Notes under the pieces: model-generated
The model's input: the letters and a program-made list of their open reading frames with translations, nothing else
What the model was told of the DNA's origin: nothing
Databases searched by the model: none
Position numbers and translations under genes: made by a program
Assembly: GCA_905236535.1 (NCBI GenBank)
Contig: CAJOQN010000073.1
Span: 1-45,073, forward strand
DNA: 45,073 nt
Reading direction: 5' to 3'
Source: an uncultured Bacilli bacterium
Lineage (GTDB): Bacteria > Bacillota_I > Bacilli_A > RFN20 > CAG-826
In this document: positions 19,411 through 28,413 of the stretch, one piece after another
How the letters are laid out: every line of letters starts with the position of its first letter
How positions within the stretch are numbered: position 1 is the stretch's first letter

Positions 19411-19541
19411 AGATATTACACTTTTATTTACAATAAATCTTAAGTAAAACTATCTCTTATCTTTTTGAATTATTTTATTTATATTTCTTTATTTTAATTA
19501 TTAATAATATTAAGCTGTGTGGATTATGTGGATAAGTTGAC
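19411..19541. other. oriC downstream module (dnaA-dnaN spacer): two tandem DnaA boxes abutting an A/T-only unwinding-element candidate
   Basis: TGTGGATTA (19518-19526) and TGTGGATAA (19527-19535, a perfect TTATCCACA on the minus strand) are directly adjacent. They are flanked by an uninterrupted A/T run at 19488-19513 and another at 19468-19486. Confidence 0.7.
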
Positions 19542-19602
19542 CGTTAAGGTTAATCATCTATGAATTTACAACTAGCTTTTAGCTATCTCTCACAAAGTGA
19601 GA

Positions 19603-20970
19603 TTATTCATTGATTTGTTTTTTAAGTTCTTCAACCACATTGATAAGTAGTGGATTATTTTTTAACTCTTTTTCCACCCTCTCGATGGCGGACATGACTG
19701 TGGTGTGATCTCTACCTCCGAACGCATCGCCAATCTTTTTAAGTGGCAAATCAAGAACATCTCTGATTAAGTACATCGCCATATGTCTCGCTAGAACAAT
19801 TTGACCAGTTCTTATTTTTCCAGTTAATTGACTAACAGATATATTGTAGTAGTTTGCAACAACACTAATAATCTTTTGTTCATTTAATTGATCAGAGAAC
19901 GCTTTTCCGCCATCCAGAGTAAGAACCGCTTTGTTTGCGATATCTAATGTAATTCGATCAACATGCTTCTCTGTGACTATTGTAAGAATTAACCTATTTA
20001 ATGCACCTTCAAGCTCTCTAACATTCTTGGAGAATTTTTCAGCGAAGAAAGTAATTACATTTTCATCAAATTTGTTGATATCTAAGTTAGCAGCTTCGAT
20101 CTTTTTTCTAAATATTTTTTCTGACGTTAATGTGTCTGGTTCGTTGATTTTTACAACTAAACCTTGGCTAAATCTTGTAACTAATCGCTCTTCAAGACCT
20201 TTTAATTCAACAGGCTGTTTATCTGAGGTGATGACCACTTGTTTACCTTTGTTGATGAGATCGTTGTAAACCAAGAAAAAGAACTCCTCAGTTTTAACCT
20301 TATTTGCTAAGAACTGAACATCATCAAAAAGGAGAACATCTGCATCTTTAAAAAAGTCTCTTAAGTTCTCAGAACTAGATTCATCTTTAACATATTTAAT
20401 ATATTCGTCAACAAAGTCGTGACTGGTGATATATAGGATTTTGGCGTTTGGATTCCTTGATGAAATTATTGAGTTACCAATAGCGTTTAATAAGTGTGTT
20501 TTTCCTAAACCGGAGTTTGAATATAAGAATAAAGGATTAAACATTCTTCCAGGGTTAGAGGCCACGAGCAATGCAGCCTGACTAGCCTCTCTATTAAAAT
20601 CTCCAACCACAAAATTGTCAAAATTCAAATTTGCATTGATAGATGTGTCTTGGAAATAAACGCTTTTCTTTTTAACTTCTACGTATTCTTTTCTTTCATC
20701 TTTGATTGATTCGGCATCAACACAAGAAATTTTATAATCAGTTTCAGAAACTTCTGAAATAGCATCTTTGATTAGATCAGCATATTTGGTTCTCATCAAA
20801 GTGGTGGCAAGAGTGGAATTAAAAACAATAACCAAGGTATCACCTTTGACTTCATCGATATAAGATCCTTCGAATAAAGAGGCAAACACCGCTCTATCAT
20901 TAACTTTTTCTTCTATTTTTCTTAAGGTTCTATCCCAGAGTCTGGCGATTTCAGTTACTGTAATTTCCAT
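19603..20970 (-). CDS. dnaA: Chromosomal replication initiator protein DnaA
   Basis: AAA+ Walker A SNSGLGKTHLLNAIG, Walker B LLFDDVQFL, and C-terminal DNA-binding domain GGRDHTTVMSAIERV. Length 455 aa. Confidence 0.95.
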   Translation of the reverse strand: MEITVTEIARLWDRTLRKIEEKVNDRAVFASLFEGSYIDEVKGDTLVIVFNSTLATTLMRTKYADLIKDAISEVSETDYKISCVDAESIKDERKEYVEVKKKSVYFQDTSINANLNFDNFVVGDFNREASQAALLVASNPGRMFNPLFLYSNSGLGKTHLLNAIGNSIISSRNPNAKILYITSHDFVDEYIKYVKDESSSENLRDFFKDADVLLFDDVQFLANKVKTEEFFFLVYNDLINKGKQVVITSDKQPVELKGLEERLVTRFSQGLVVKINEPDTLTSEKIFRKKIEAANLDINKFDENVITFFAEKFSKNVRELEGALNRLILTIVTEKHVDRITLDIANKAVLTLDGGKAFSDQLNEQKIISVVANYYNISVSQLTGKIRTGQIVLARHMAMYLIRDVLDLPLKKIGDAFGGRDHTTVMSAIERVEKELKNNPLLINVVEELKKQINE

Positions 20971-21300
20971 AAATTAATCCCAATCTTTTCTAATTTTATA
21001 GCTGAGATAAATTATAGGATTTTCCACAAGATAATTAAATAAAAAAGTGCGAAAAATAAGTTTTCCACATTACTTTTTTGATAAATTTATTTATAAATTT
21101 AATTTATCCACATTTTTGGAATTGTGGGAAAAATGTCGATAAATTTTTGACACATATTTGGCAGTGTGGATATTCAAAAAGAAGGTTTTGCACACTAATA
21201 TTTCTAAACTAAATAGTTATACTATTTCTTTTAATAATTGATGCAAAATAGGTTATAATCTTTGTGGAAAACTAATAATTATCCACATTTTTGCTTTCTA
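20971..21300. other. oriC upstream module: cluster of seven DnaA boxes between dnaA and rpmH, including the dnaA promoter
   Basis: The boxes are: TTTTCCACA 21020-21028; TTTTCCACA 21061-21069; TTATCCACA 21104-21112; TGTGGGAAA 21123-21131; TGTGGATAT 21165-21173; TGTGGAAAA 21263-21271; TTATCCACA 21279-21287. A minus-strand TATAAT at 21016-21011 lies 3 nt from the first box, which places that box in the promoter spacer and suggests dnaA autoregulation. Confidence 0.75.
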
Positions 21301-21333
21301 AAGCGGTCCAGCACACGCGCCCATATGTTTTAA

Positions 21334-21362
21334 TTGACATTTATTAATAAATGAAATAATCT
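21334..21362 (+). promoter_or_regulatory. Candidate promoter for rpmH-rnpA-yidC-jag
   Basis: TTGACA (21334-21339), a 17-nt spacer, TAATCT (21357-21362). The -35 is good and the -10 is weak. Confidence 0.35.
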
Positions 21363-21397
21363 TTATTACGCGTATTCAAAACGGAGGAAATTATCAT

Positions 21398-21532
21398 ATG
21401 AAAAGAACGTATCAACCAAGCAAATTGCAACACGCTCGTAGAGCGGGATTCCGTGCGAGAATGAAAACTCACAACGGTCGTAAAGTTTTAGCTCGTCGTA
21501 GAGCAAAGGGACGCAAACAACTTACTGCGTAA
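21398..21532 (+). CDS. rpmH: 50S ribosomal protein L34
   Basis: This gene is not in the ORF track (44 aa). Translation: [52 protein letters not shown] lies 8-9 nt upstream, and the stop is TAA at 21530-21532. Confidence 0.95.
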   Translation: MKRTYQPSKLQHARRAGFRARMKTHNGRKVLARRRAKGRKQLTA

Positions 21533-21543
21533 TTAGGTAGCGA

Positions 21544-21882
21544 ATGAAAGTTGTTAATAGAATAAAATCTAATCAAGATTTTGCATTAACAATCAAGAAA
21601 GGGAAATACGTTAATGCTGGCGTTTTCCATTTCGCTCTCTTAAAAACAGAAAATAATCACTTAAGAATTGGTATATCCGTTTCTAAAAAACTCGGAAACG
21701 CTGTAGTGCGAAACAAAATTAAAAGGCAAATTCGCGCCATGTGTGATGCAAATGTTAACTTTGAAGAACCATTCGACCTTGTGATTATTGCTAAAACTAA
21801 ATTTCTTGAGAATTCATTCCAAGAAAACGAACAAACATTGTGTGATTTTTTGCACAATGAGAATATAGGAGTCAGTAAATGA
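21544..21882 (+). CDS. rnpA: Ribonuclease P protein component
   Basis: Length 112 aa. IKSNQDFALTIKKGK and the RNR-like block VVRNKIKRQIR are present. It sits in the conserved position after rpmH. The TGA stop overlaps the yidC ATG. Confidence 0.9.
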   Translation: MKVVNRIKSNQDFALTIKKGKYVNAGVFHFALLKTENNHLRIGISVSKKLGNAVVRNKIKRQIRAMCDANVNFEEPFDLVIIAKTKFLENSFQENEQTLCDFLHNENIGVSK

Positions 21883-23459
21883 ATAAAAAGGCTAAACTAG
21901 GTTTAATTGGTGGCACCTTACTTCTTGGTGCTGTCGCGTTATCCGGATGTACCGCTTCTTTTTGTTCAACCAAAGATAAAGCTCACATGCTTTTTGCCTT
22001 TGACTACGGGGCAACAAAATATTACACCGAAGAAGATTTAGATCGTCCTGCTGATTCACAAAAGATTAAAATCAACGATCAAGAACTTGATATTTATTCT
22101 TACACCAACACCAGCAATTGTGTGGCGTTGCAAACCATCCTTGTTAACGCACAAAAGAATGGTATCACCATTCCATCTAACAACTACTTTAAAGCTTTCG
22201 ATGAAGAAGTTTTGAAATATATTGTTACAAAAGAGTCAATTGATCTTTCTGAAATTACGGTTTTAAAGGGCGAATATCATCAAGGTAATTACGAAAACAC
22301 ATTAAATGTTCTCGCAGATTATGGATATTACAAATTCTATTACAACATTCCAGAAGATAATGGTGTTGATGGAGCAGAAAAAGTTTCTTATCTCAGCACC
22401 GCAGTCAAATGGACAAACTGGGAATATTTTGATTCATTGGTTAGAACCAAAGAAACGATTGGTATTGATGAATTACCATCTAGTGATTTTGTCAAATATT
22501 ACAAATCACAGATGAATAGTTATATTAGAAATTATCGTTCTTGCCTTGCAACCTCTGATGGCGTTTATGGCTATTACGGTTCAAACGGCGAAAGAAATCC
22601 AATTAATATTGAAGCCAAAACATGGGCATATTCTTGGAGAATTAATGGAAAATTCACCTTCTTTGAAGGCTTATTGGTTTGGCCAATTGGCGCTCTCGCT
22701 GATGTCGTCACCGACGGGCTTAGGAACGTTTTTCCAAACAACCAAGTTTCTCAAGGTTGGGCCGCTGTTTTAGCGATTGTTGTGGTCACAATTATTGTCC
22801 GTTCCGTCATGATTTTCTTGACCATCGGTCAAACCACAAGCAATGCTAAGATGCAAGCTGTTCAACCAGAAATACAAAAAATCCAAGCGAAGTATCCTAA
22901 CGCAAACACAAATAGAAACGAGCAAGCTCGTTTAGCGCAAGAAACTCAAGCGATTTACAAGAAGCACGGTGTGCATCCACTTAGATCCATGCTTGTTATG
23001 ATTGTGCAATTCCCTGTCTTTATCTGTGTTTGGGGTGCTTTACAAGGTTCTGCTGCCTTATCCACCGGATCTTTCTTAGGATTAAATTTAAGCGAATCCA
23101 TTTCCGCTGTATTATTTAGTGCAACTGGATGGAAAACCGGCGCTGCCGTTACCGCTTTGATTTTATTCCTTCTTATGGCTGGTGCCCAAGCAGCATCAAT
23201 GTTACTTCCACAATATATTCAGAAAAAACAAAATGCCAAAGTTGCAAAACTTGGCAAAAACCCAACTGCCGATCAAAACGCCAAACGTATGAAATTATTC
23301 CAATACGGTATGCTTGCGATGATTATCTTTATGGGCTTTGCGCTTGCATCTGGTATGGGTATTTATTGGTTAATCAGTGCTATTTTCTCACTTGTTCAAG
23401 CCTTAATTACCAATGCCGTTATTGCCAGCAGGAAAAATAAGAAAAAGGAGAAAAGATAA
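21879..23459 (+). CDS. yidC: Membrane protein insertase YidC/SpoIIIJ-type lipoprotein with an unusually long extracytoplasmic N-terminal domain
   Basis: The lipobox is LLLGAVALSGC. About 270 hydrophilic residues follow, then the YidC core (IVRSVMIFLTIGQTTSNAKMQAVQPEIQKIQAKY; KKHGVHPLRSMLVMIVQFPVFICVW) and a basic C-terminal tail. Confidence 0.85.
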   Translation: MNKKAKLGLIGGTLLLGAVALSGCTASFCSTKDKAHMLFAFDYGATKYYTEEDLDRPADSQKIKINDQELDIYSYTNTSNCVALQTILVNAQKNGITIPSNNYFKAFDEEVLKYIVTKESIDLSEITVLKGEYHQGNYENTLNVLADYGYYKFYYNIPEDNGVDGAEKVSYLSTAVKWTNWEYFDSLVRTKETIGIDELPSSDFVKYYKSQMNSYIRNYRSCLATSDGVYGYYGSNGERNPINIEAKTWAYSWRINGKFTFFEGLLVWPIGALADVVTDGLRNVFPNNQVSQGWAAVLAIVVVTIIVRSVMIFLTIGQTTSNAKMQAVQPEIQKIQAKYPNANTNRNEQARLAQETQAIYKKHGVHPLRSMLVMIVQFPVFICVWGALQGSAALSTGSFLGLNLSESISAVLFSATGWKTGAAVTALILFLLMAGAQAASMLLPQYIQKKQNAKVAKLGKNPTADQNAKRMKLFQYGMLAMIIFMGFALASGMGIYWLISAIFSLVQALITNAVIASRKNKKKEKR

Positions 23460-23461
23460 AT

Positions 23462-24061
23462 ATGAAAGTTTATCAAGGTAAAACTGTTGATGAAGCCTTA
23501 AAACTTGCTAGCGAAGAACTCCAAAAACCAATTGAAGAATTGATTTATTCTGTCGAGGATAAAAAGATTGGTATCTTTAACAAAAGATATGTTGTTGATG
23601 TTTATGAATTAAGCGACATCATTGCGTATGCGGAAGACTATATCTTGAGAGTTATTGACTCTTTCGGTATTGAGAGCTCCGTTAAAACCGTCTTAGATGA
23701 TGATTTAATTAGAATCACAATTGACTCCACTCATAATCCAATTCTTATCGGAAATAATGGAAGCACTTTAAGAGCTTTAAACGAATTAGTAAAGGTTGCG
23801 GTTAGCAATCATTTCCGTCGCCATTTCAGAATCTTGCTCGATATTAATGGCTACAAAGAAAAGAAATATTTCAAACTTCACAAAATGGCTAGAAGATTAG
23901 CGCATGAAGTTCAAAAAACCAAAACCACATACACCTTTGATGCAATGCCCGCAGATGAAAGACGTGTTATTCATAACGCCTGCTCAGGTATGCCAAACAT
24001 CAAAACCGAATCCACCGGTGATGGTGCACATCGTCAAGTTCAAATTATTTACGTTGAATAA
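23462..24061 (+). CDS. khpB: RNA-binding protein Jag/KhpB (Jag_N + KH + R3H)
   Basis: The KH GXXG motif is IGNNGSTLRALNELV. The R3H region is ADERRVIHNACSGMPNIKTESTGDGAHRQVQI. It sits in the conserved position after yidC. Confidence 0.85.
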   Translation: MKVYQGKTVDEALKLASEELQKPIEELIYSVEDKKIGIFNKRYVVDVYELSDIIAYAEDYILRVIDSFGIESSVKTVLDDDLIRITIDSTHNPILIGNNGSTLRALNELVKVAVSNHFRRHFRILLDINGYKEKKYFKLHKMARRLAHEVQKTKTTYTFDAMPADERRVIHNACSGMPNIKTESTGDGAHRQVQIIYVE

Positions 24062-24065
24062 TTAT

Positions 24066-24088
24066 AAAACACCCTATGGGTGTTTTTA
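24066..24088 (+). terminator. Rho-independent terminator after jag
   Basis: AAACACCC (24067-24074), loop TAT, GGGTGTTT (24078-24085), running into a T tract. Confidence 0.65.
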
Positions 24089-24101
24089 ACTTAAAAAGAT
24101 T

Positions 24102-25433
24102 ATGTTTGAAACAATTGTTGCTTTAGCTACTCCACCCATGAAATCCGCTCTCGCCTTGATTAGAATATCTGGTGATAATTCTTTTGAAGTGGTTTCTAAA
24201 TGTTTTTCTAAAGACTTGACCCTCATCAAAGAAAGAACAGCGTTGGTCGGAGAAGTTAAAGATAAAGACAATAGTGTCATTGATCAAGTGGTTTTAATTG
24301 CTTATAAAGGACCAAAAAGTTTTACAGGCGAAGATCTTGTTGAAATCATTTGCCATGGTTCTTTGTTGATTGCTAATGAAATAATTGAACGATTGATTGA
24401 ATGTGGAGCAAGGCTCGCAGAACGTGGAGAATATTCGATGCGCGCCTTCCTTCATCAAAAGATTGATTTAGTTCAAGCGGAATCAATCAATGATTTAATC
24501 AACTCTACAACCAAAGAAGCAAAGAACCTCTCTATGATGTCTTTAAAAGGTGATACCTCATCCTTGGTAGAGCCAATCAAAACCAGGATTGCTGATTTAA
24601 TTTCATTGATTGAAGTAAATATTGATTATCCAGAATATGAAGATATAGAAGTTGCAAATAAAGAGAAAATAGTTGGAGTTTGCAGCGAAATTATTGGAAA
24701 AATACGTCATTTAGTGGAATCTGGTGAAAAAGGAAGAATTGTCAAAGAAGGCGTAAAAGTCGCGATTGTTGGAAAGCCTAATGTTGGAAAATCCTCACTT
24801 TTAAATTCTCTTCTTGGTGAAGAAAAAGCCATTGTTACAGATATAGAAGGAACCACTAGAGATATCGTTGAAGGCGATGTAGTTCTCGATGGTATTGTTT
24901 TACATTTATTAGATACTGCAGGAATCAGACAATCATCAAATATTGTAGAATCTATTGGTATTGATAAAGCCAAAAAGAGTATCGATGAAGCTGAACTTGT
25001 TATTGTTGTTTTAGATTCTCAAAACGACTTAACAAAGCTTGATGAAGAAATATTAGATTTATCAAAAGATAAACTAAGAATCGTTGTTTATAACAAGGCA
25101 GATACGGTGTCCGAAAAAGATAACAACAAGATTTATATTTCCGCGATTAATAACGACATTGATTCTTTAAAACAAGAAATTAAGAAAGTTTTAGGAATCA
25201 CAAACGAAGCATTTACAAACCCATCTTTAAACAACGCTCGTCAACTTGGTTTGTTGAAACAAGCGATTAATTCACTAAATAAAGCTATCGAAGACGCTAA
25301 AAATGATTTAAGTGTTGATTTGATTTCTGTTTCTTTAATGGATGCTTATAGTGCGATTTTAGCAATCATGGGCGAGGATAACGAAATAGATATTTCTAAA
25401 GAAATATTTTCTAGATTCTGCGTTGGTAAATAA
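24102..25433 (+). CDS. mnmE: tRNA modification GTPase MnmE (TrmE)
   Basis: G1 motif GKPNVGKSSLLN, then DTAGIR and NKAD, and the C-terminal FCVGK motif. Length 443 aa. Confidence 0.95.
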   Translation: MFETIVALATPPMKSALALIRISGDNSFEVVSKCFSKDLTLIKERTALVGEVKDKDNSVIDQVVLIAYKGPKSFTGEDLVEIICHGSLLIANEIIERLIECGARLAERGEYSMRAFLHQKIDLVQAESINDLINSTTKEAKNLSMMSLKGDTSSLVEPIKTRIADLISLIEVNIDYPEYEDIEVANKEKIVGVCSEIIGKIRHLVESGEKGRIVKEGVKVAIVGKPNVGKSSLLNSLLGEEKAIVTDIEGTTRDIVEGDVVLDGIVLHLLDTAGIRQSSNIVESIGIDKAKKSIDEAELVIVVLDSQNDLTKLDEEILDLSKDKLRIVVYNKADTVSEKDNNKIYISAINNDIDSLKQEIKKVLGITNEAFTNPSLNNARQLGLLKQAINSLNKAIEDAKNDLSVDLISVSLMDAYSAILAIMGEDNEIDISKEIFSRFCVGK

Positions 25434-25434
25434 T

Positions 25435-26202
25435 ATGATTTTTAATACTCACTCACATCTTAATGATTCTGCTTTTGATAACGACAGGGAGAATGTTATT
25501 AAAGAAACTTTAGAACTTGGTGTTTCTAATATTTTGGTCATTGGATGGGACAAGGAATCATCAATCAACGCTATAAAATTAGCGGAGCAATATGATTTCA
25601 TCTATGCGGCGGTTGGATATCACCCAGAAAATTTAGAAGGAATCACCAACAAGGATTTTGAAGACGTTATGAAGTTACTTAATCACCCTAAAGTTGTAGC
25701 GGTGGGGGAAATTGGTCTCGATTACTATTGGGATAAAAGAGAAGAAACTAAAGCTATTCAAAAAAAGTATTTTATAAAACAAATCGAAGAAGCTAATAAA
25801 CGCGGTTTACCAATCGTCATTCACTCTAGAGACGCAATCTTTGACACTTTAAATATTTTGAAAGAGCACCCAGTTAACAAAGGAGGCATTATGCATTGTT
25901 ATTCTGGGAGTGCAGAAAATGTTAAAGATTTTATTAAATGTAATATGTATATTTCTTTAGGTGGCACAGTCACATATAAAAACGCTGTTAATCTTAAAGA
26001 GGTTGCTAAAATTGTTCCTTTGGAACGACTATTAGTGGAAACTGACGATCCTTATCTAACCCCCGTACCATTTAGAGGAAAAAGAAATATTCCTGGCTAT
26101 GCTAAATATGTAGTGGAAGAAATTGCTAAACTTAAAGAACTTCCGGTCAAAGAAGTTGAAAAACAGACTTATGAAAACGCAAAAAGATTGTTTGGAATCT
26201 AA
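25435..26202 (+). CDS. tatD: TatD-family metal-dependent DNase/hydrolase (YabD-like)
   Basis: MIFNTHSHLND, GEIGLDYYW, VIHSRDA, HCYSG and ETDDPYLTP are present. I chose the ATG at 25435 over the track's TTG at 25423, because TatD proteins normally start a few residues before the HxH motif. Confidence 0.85.
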   Translation: MIFNTHSHLNDSAFDNDRENVIKETLELGVSNILVIGWDKESSINAIKLAEQYDFIYAAVGYHPENLEGITNKDFEDVMKLLNHPKVVAVGEIGLDYYWDKREETKAIQKKYFIKQIEEANKRGLPIVIHSRDAIFDTLNILKEHPVNKGGIMHCYSGSAENVKDFIKCNMYISLGGTVTYKNAVNLKEVAKIVPLERLLVETDDPYLTPVPFRGKRNIPGYAKYVVEEIAKLKELPVKEVEKQTYENAKRLFGI

Positions 26203-26740
26203 AATATATATCGATGCCTTAATAATCGTAGAAGGTAATTCCGATAAAAGTCGTTTATCATCGTTCGTTGATACTGATATTCTTGTTTCAAACGGACTCA
26301 TGTCTTGCAAAGACGATATTGAATTTATCAAAGAAGTTTCTAAAAGAAGAAAGATTATTATCTTTACCGATCCAGATAACGCTGGTGAAGAAATTAGAAA
26401 AAAACTTAATTCTATTGTTGAGGAAGCAATTAATGTTTATGTTCCTGAAGGTGCCCACTTTAATGGTAAAAAGCATGGAGTTGCGGAATGTGACAAAGAA
26501 ACACTTGTTTCACTCTTAAAACCCCACGAATCACAAAAAACAATTAAAAATAACGGACTTTTGATGGAAGATTTATATAATTTAAAGATTGTAGGATTAG
26601 ATGAATCATCAAATATTAAAGAAAGAATTTGTAAACATTATTCACTAGGGAAATGTAATTCTAAAACCCTTTTAAAAAGATTAAATATATTGAAAATTGA
26701 GAAAGAAGATTTAAAGGAATATCTAAAAAGTGGAAATTAA
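26171..26740 (+). CDS. rnmV: Ribonuclease M5 (Toprim domain)
   Basis: ALIIVEGNSDKSRL and IIIFTDPDNAGEEIRKKL are present. The start is uncertain: ATG 26171 or TTG 26192 both fit, neither has a clear SD, and both overlap or abut the tatD 3' end. Confidence 0.75.
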   Translation: MKTQKDCLESKIYIDALIIVEGNSDKSRLSSFVDTDILVSNGLMSCKDDIEFIKEVSKRRKIIIFTDPDNAGEEIRKKLNSIVEEAINVYVPEGAHFNGKKHGVAECDKETLVSLLKPHESQKTIKNNGLLMEDLYNLKIVGLDESSNIKERICKHYSLGKCNSKTLLKRLNILKIEKEDLKEYLKSGN

Positions 26741-27530
26741 TCGAAACAACATTTTGGATCTATGCGAGCGCAACAACATTAAGCCCGACAAAGATTATGG
26801 GCAAAACTTTTTAATTGATCCAAATGTCTCTAAGAGAATAATTGATTTATTAAATATCCAAAACTCTGAAAAGATACTAGAGATAGGTCCCGGGTTAGGC
26901 TCTTTAACACATTTTCTTTCCTTTTTTCCTAATGACATTGATGTTGTGGATATCGATTATGATATGGTGGGCTTTTTAAATATGGTCTACACCAATAATA
27001 AAAACATCAATATTATCCTTAATGACATTAGAAAACATGACGTTTGCTCTTATGATAAAATCGTGGGGAATCTTCCTTATAATATTACAACGGAAATTAT
27101 CACTTATTTGTTAATAAATAAAGGTAAAACAAAACGTATGGTATTGATGTGCCAAAACGAAGCTTTTAATCACTTTAATGACACTAAAGGAAGCGAATAT
27201 GGGCCAACATCTGTTTTGCTTCATTTAATAGCGGATATTAAAAAAGAATTTTTAGTGGGAAAAGGCTCTTTTTACCCCGCTCCTAAAGTGGAGTCTGTGG
27301 TCTTTTCTATTAATTTTAAAGACGAAAATAACGAAGATGCTTTTAAAGTTTATAAATTATCAAAATCATTATTCCTTAATCGAAGAAAAACAATATTGAA
27401 TAATCTTTCAAGGCATCTAAACAATAAAGAGAAGGCTAATGAGATATTGAATAAGTGTCAAATTCCACTTAATTGTCGTCCTGAACAATTGACACCAGAC
27501 CAATATTTTTTAATCTATAAAAATATATAA
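26730..27530 (+). CDS. rsmA: 16S rRNA (adenine1518/1519-N6)-dimethyltransferase
   Basis: DYGQNFLIDPNV, the SAM motif ILEIGPGLGSLT, and GNLPYNITT are present. The GTG start at 26730 has AAGGAA upstream and overlaps the rnmV end. Confidence 0.9.
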   Translation: MEINRNNILDLCERNNIKPDKDYGQNFLIDPNVSKRIIDLLNIQNSEKILEIGPGLGSLTHFLSFFPNDIDVVDIDYDMVGFLNMVYTNNKNINIILNDIRKHDVCSYDKIVGNLPYNITTEIITYLLINKGKTKRMVLMCQNEAFNHFNDTKGSEYGPTSVLLHLIADIKKEFLVGKGSFYPAPKVESVVFSINFKDENNEDAFKVYKLSKSLFLNRRKTILNNLSRHLNNKEKANEILNKCQIPLNCRPEQLTPDQYFLIYKNI

Positions 27531-27555
27531 TAATGTATAAGGGAGGATTTATATC

Positions 27556-28404
27556 ATGCTATCTATAAAAAGCTATGCCAAAATTAATATCGCCTTAAAT
27601 GTTGTCGATAAACTCGACAGTGGTTATCACACTCTAGATTCCGTCATTGTTCCTCTTGAACTCCATGACACCATTTTAATCAGCGTCCTAAAATCCTCCG
27701 CCGATACATATGTAACAATCGATGATTTTTCTTTAGGCGTTATCGATTACAATGTTGCCACATTTGCTATTGAAAAGTTTGCGGCTAAATATGGGATTGA
27801 TAAAAAATTTAGAGTATTCATTCATAAGGTTATCCCGATGCAAGCGGGCCTTGGTGGGGGATCTTCAAATGCTGCTTTTGTCATGAAGGGCGTTAATCAA
27901 TTATTAAAATTAAATGTTTCAAGCGAAGAATTAAAAGAATTAGCAATTTCCTTGGGGGCAGATGTTCCATTCTTTGTTGACTGTGTTCCTTCTAGAATGC
28001 AGGGAATTGGAGAAGTTTTAACACCAATTAACATTAAAAATAATTACCATGTTTTAATCGTGAAACCAAAAGCAGGTCTTTCTACGAAAGAAATCTTTGA
28101 CAAGTCTGACGAGATGACTTTGAACACTTGCAATATTGATAAAGTAATTGAAGCTTTAGAAACTGGAAACGATGAGATGCTTGCAGAAAACATTAATAAT
28201 TCATTAACTAAGCCGGCGGTTGAACTTCTTCCAGAAATAGATAAAATTATAAACACACTTAAAGGATTTGGCTTAAACATCGTTGGAATGACCGGTTCAG
28301 GCTCTGCGGTTTTTGCTTTAAGCACAAATGCTAAGTTGTTAAAAAAGATTGAGTTAGAACTAGAGGATACCTATAAAGTTTGTCTAACAAAAATCTTAAA
28401 GTAA
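27556..28404 (+). CDS. ispE: 4-diphosphocytidyl-2-C-methyl-D-erythritol kinase (GHMP kinase)
   Basis: KINIALNVVDKLDSGYHTLDSV and the GHMP motif PMQAGLGGGSSNAA are present. SD GGGAGGA lies upstream. Confidence 0.8.
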   Translation: MLSIKSYAKINIALNVVDKLDSGYHTLDSVIVPLELHDTILISVLKSSADTYVTIDDFSLGVIDYNVATFAIEKFAAKYGIDKKFRVFIHKVIPMQAGLGGGSSNAAFVMKGVNQLLKLNVSSEELKELAISLGADVPFFVDCVPSRMQGIGEVLTPINIKNNYHVLIVKPKAGLSTKEIFDKSDEMTLNTCNIDKVIEALETGNDEMLAENINNSLTKPAVELLPEIDKIINTLKGFGLNIVGMTGSGSAVFALSTNAKLLKKIELELEDTYKVCLTKILK

Positions 28405-28413
28405 GGAGAATTA

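Noticed and set aside
21301-21325. Isolated G+C-rich patch (AAGCGGTCCAGCACACGCGCCCATA) inside the AT-rich oriC/rpmH promoter region
   Set aside because: I could not find an inverted or direct repeat partner, an ORF, or a known motif. It may be a spacer between the last DnaA box and the rpmH promoter, and the evidence is too thin for a finding.
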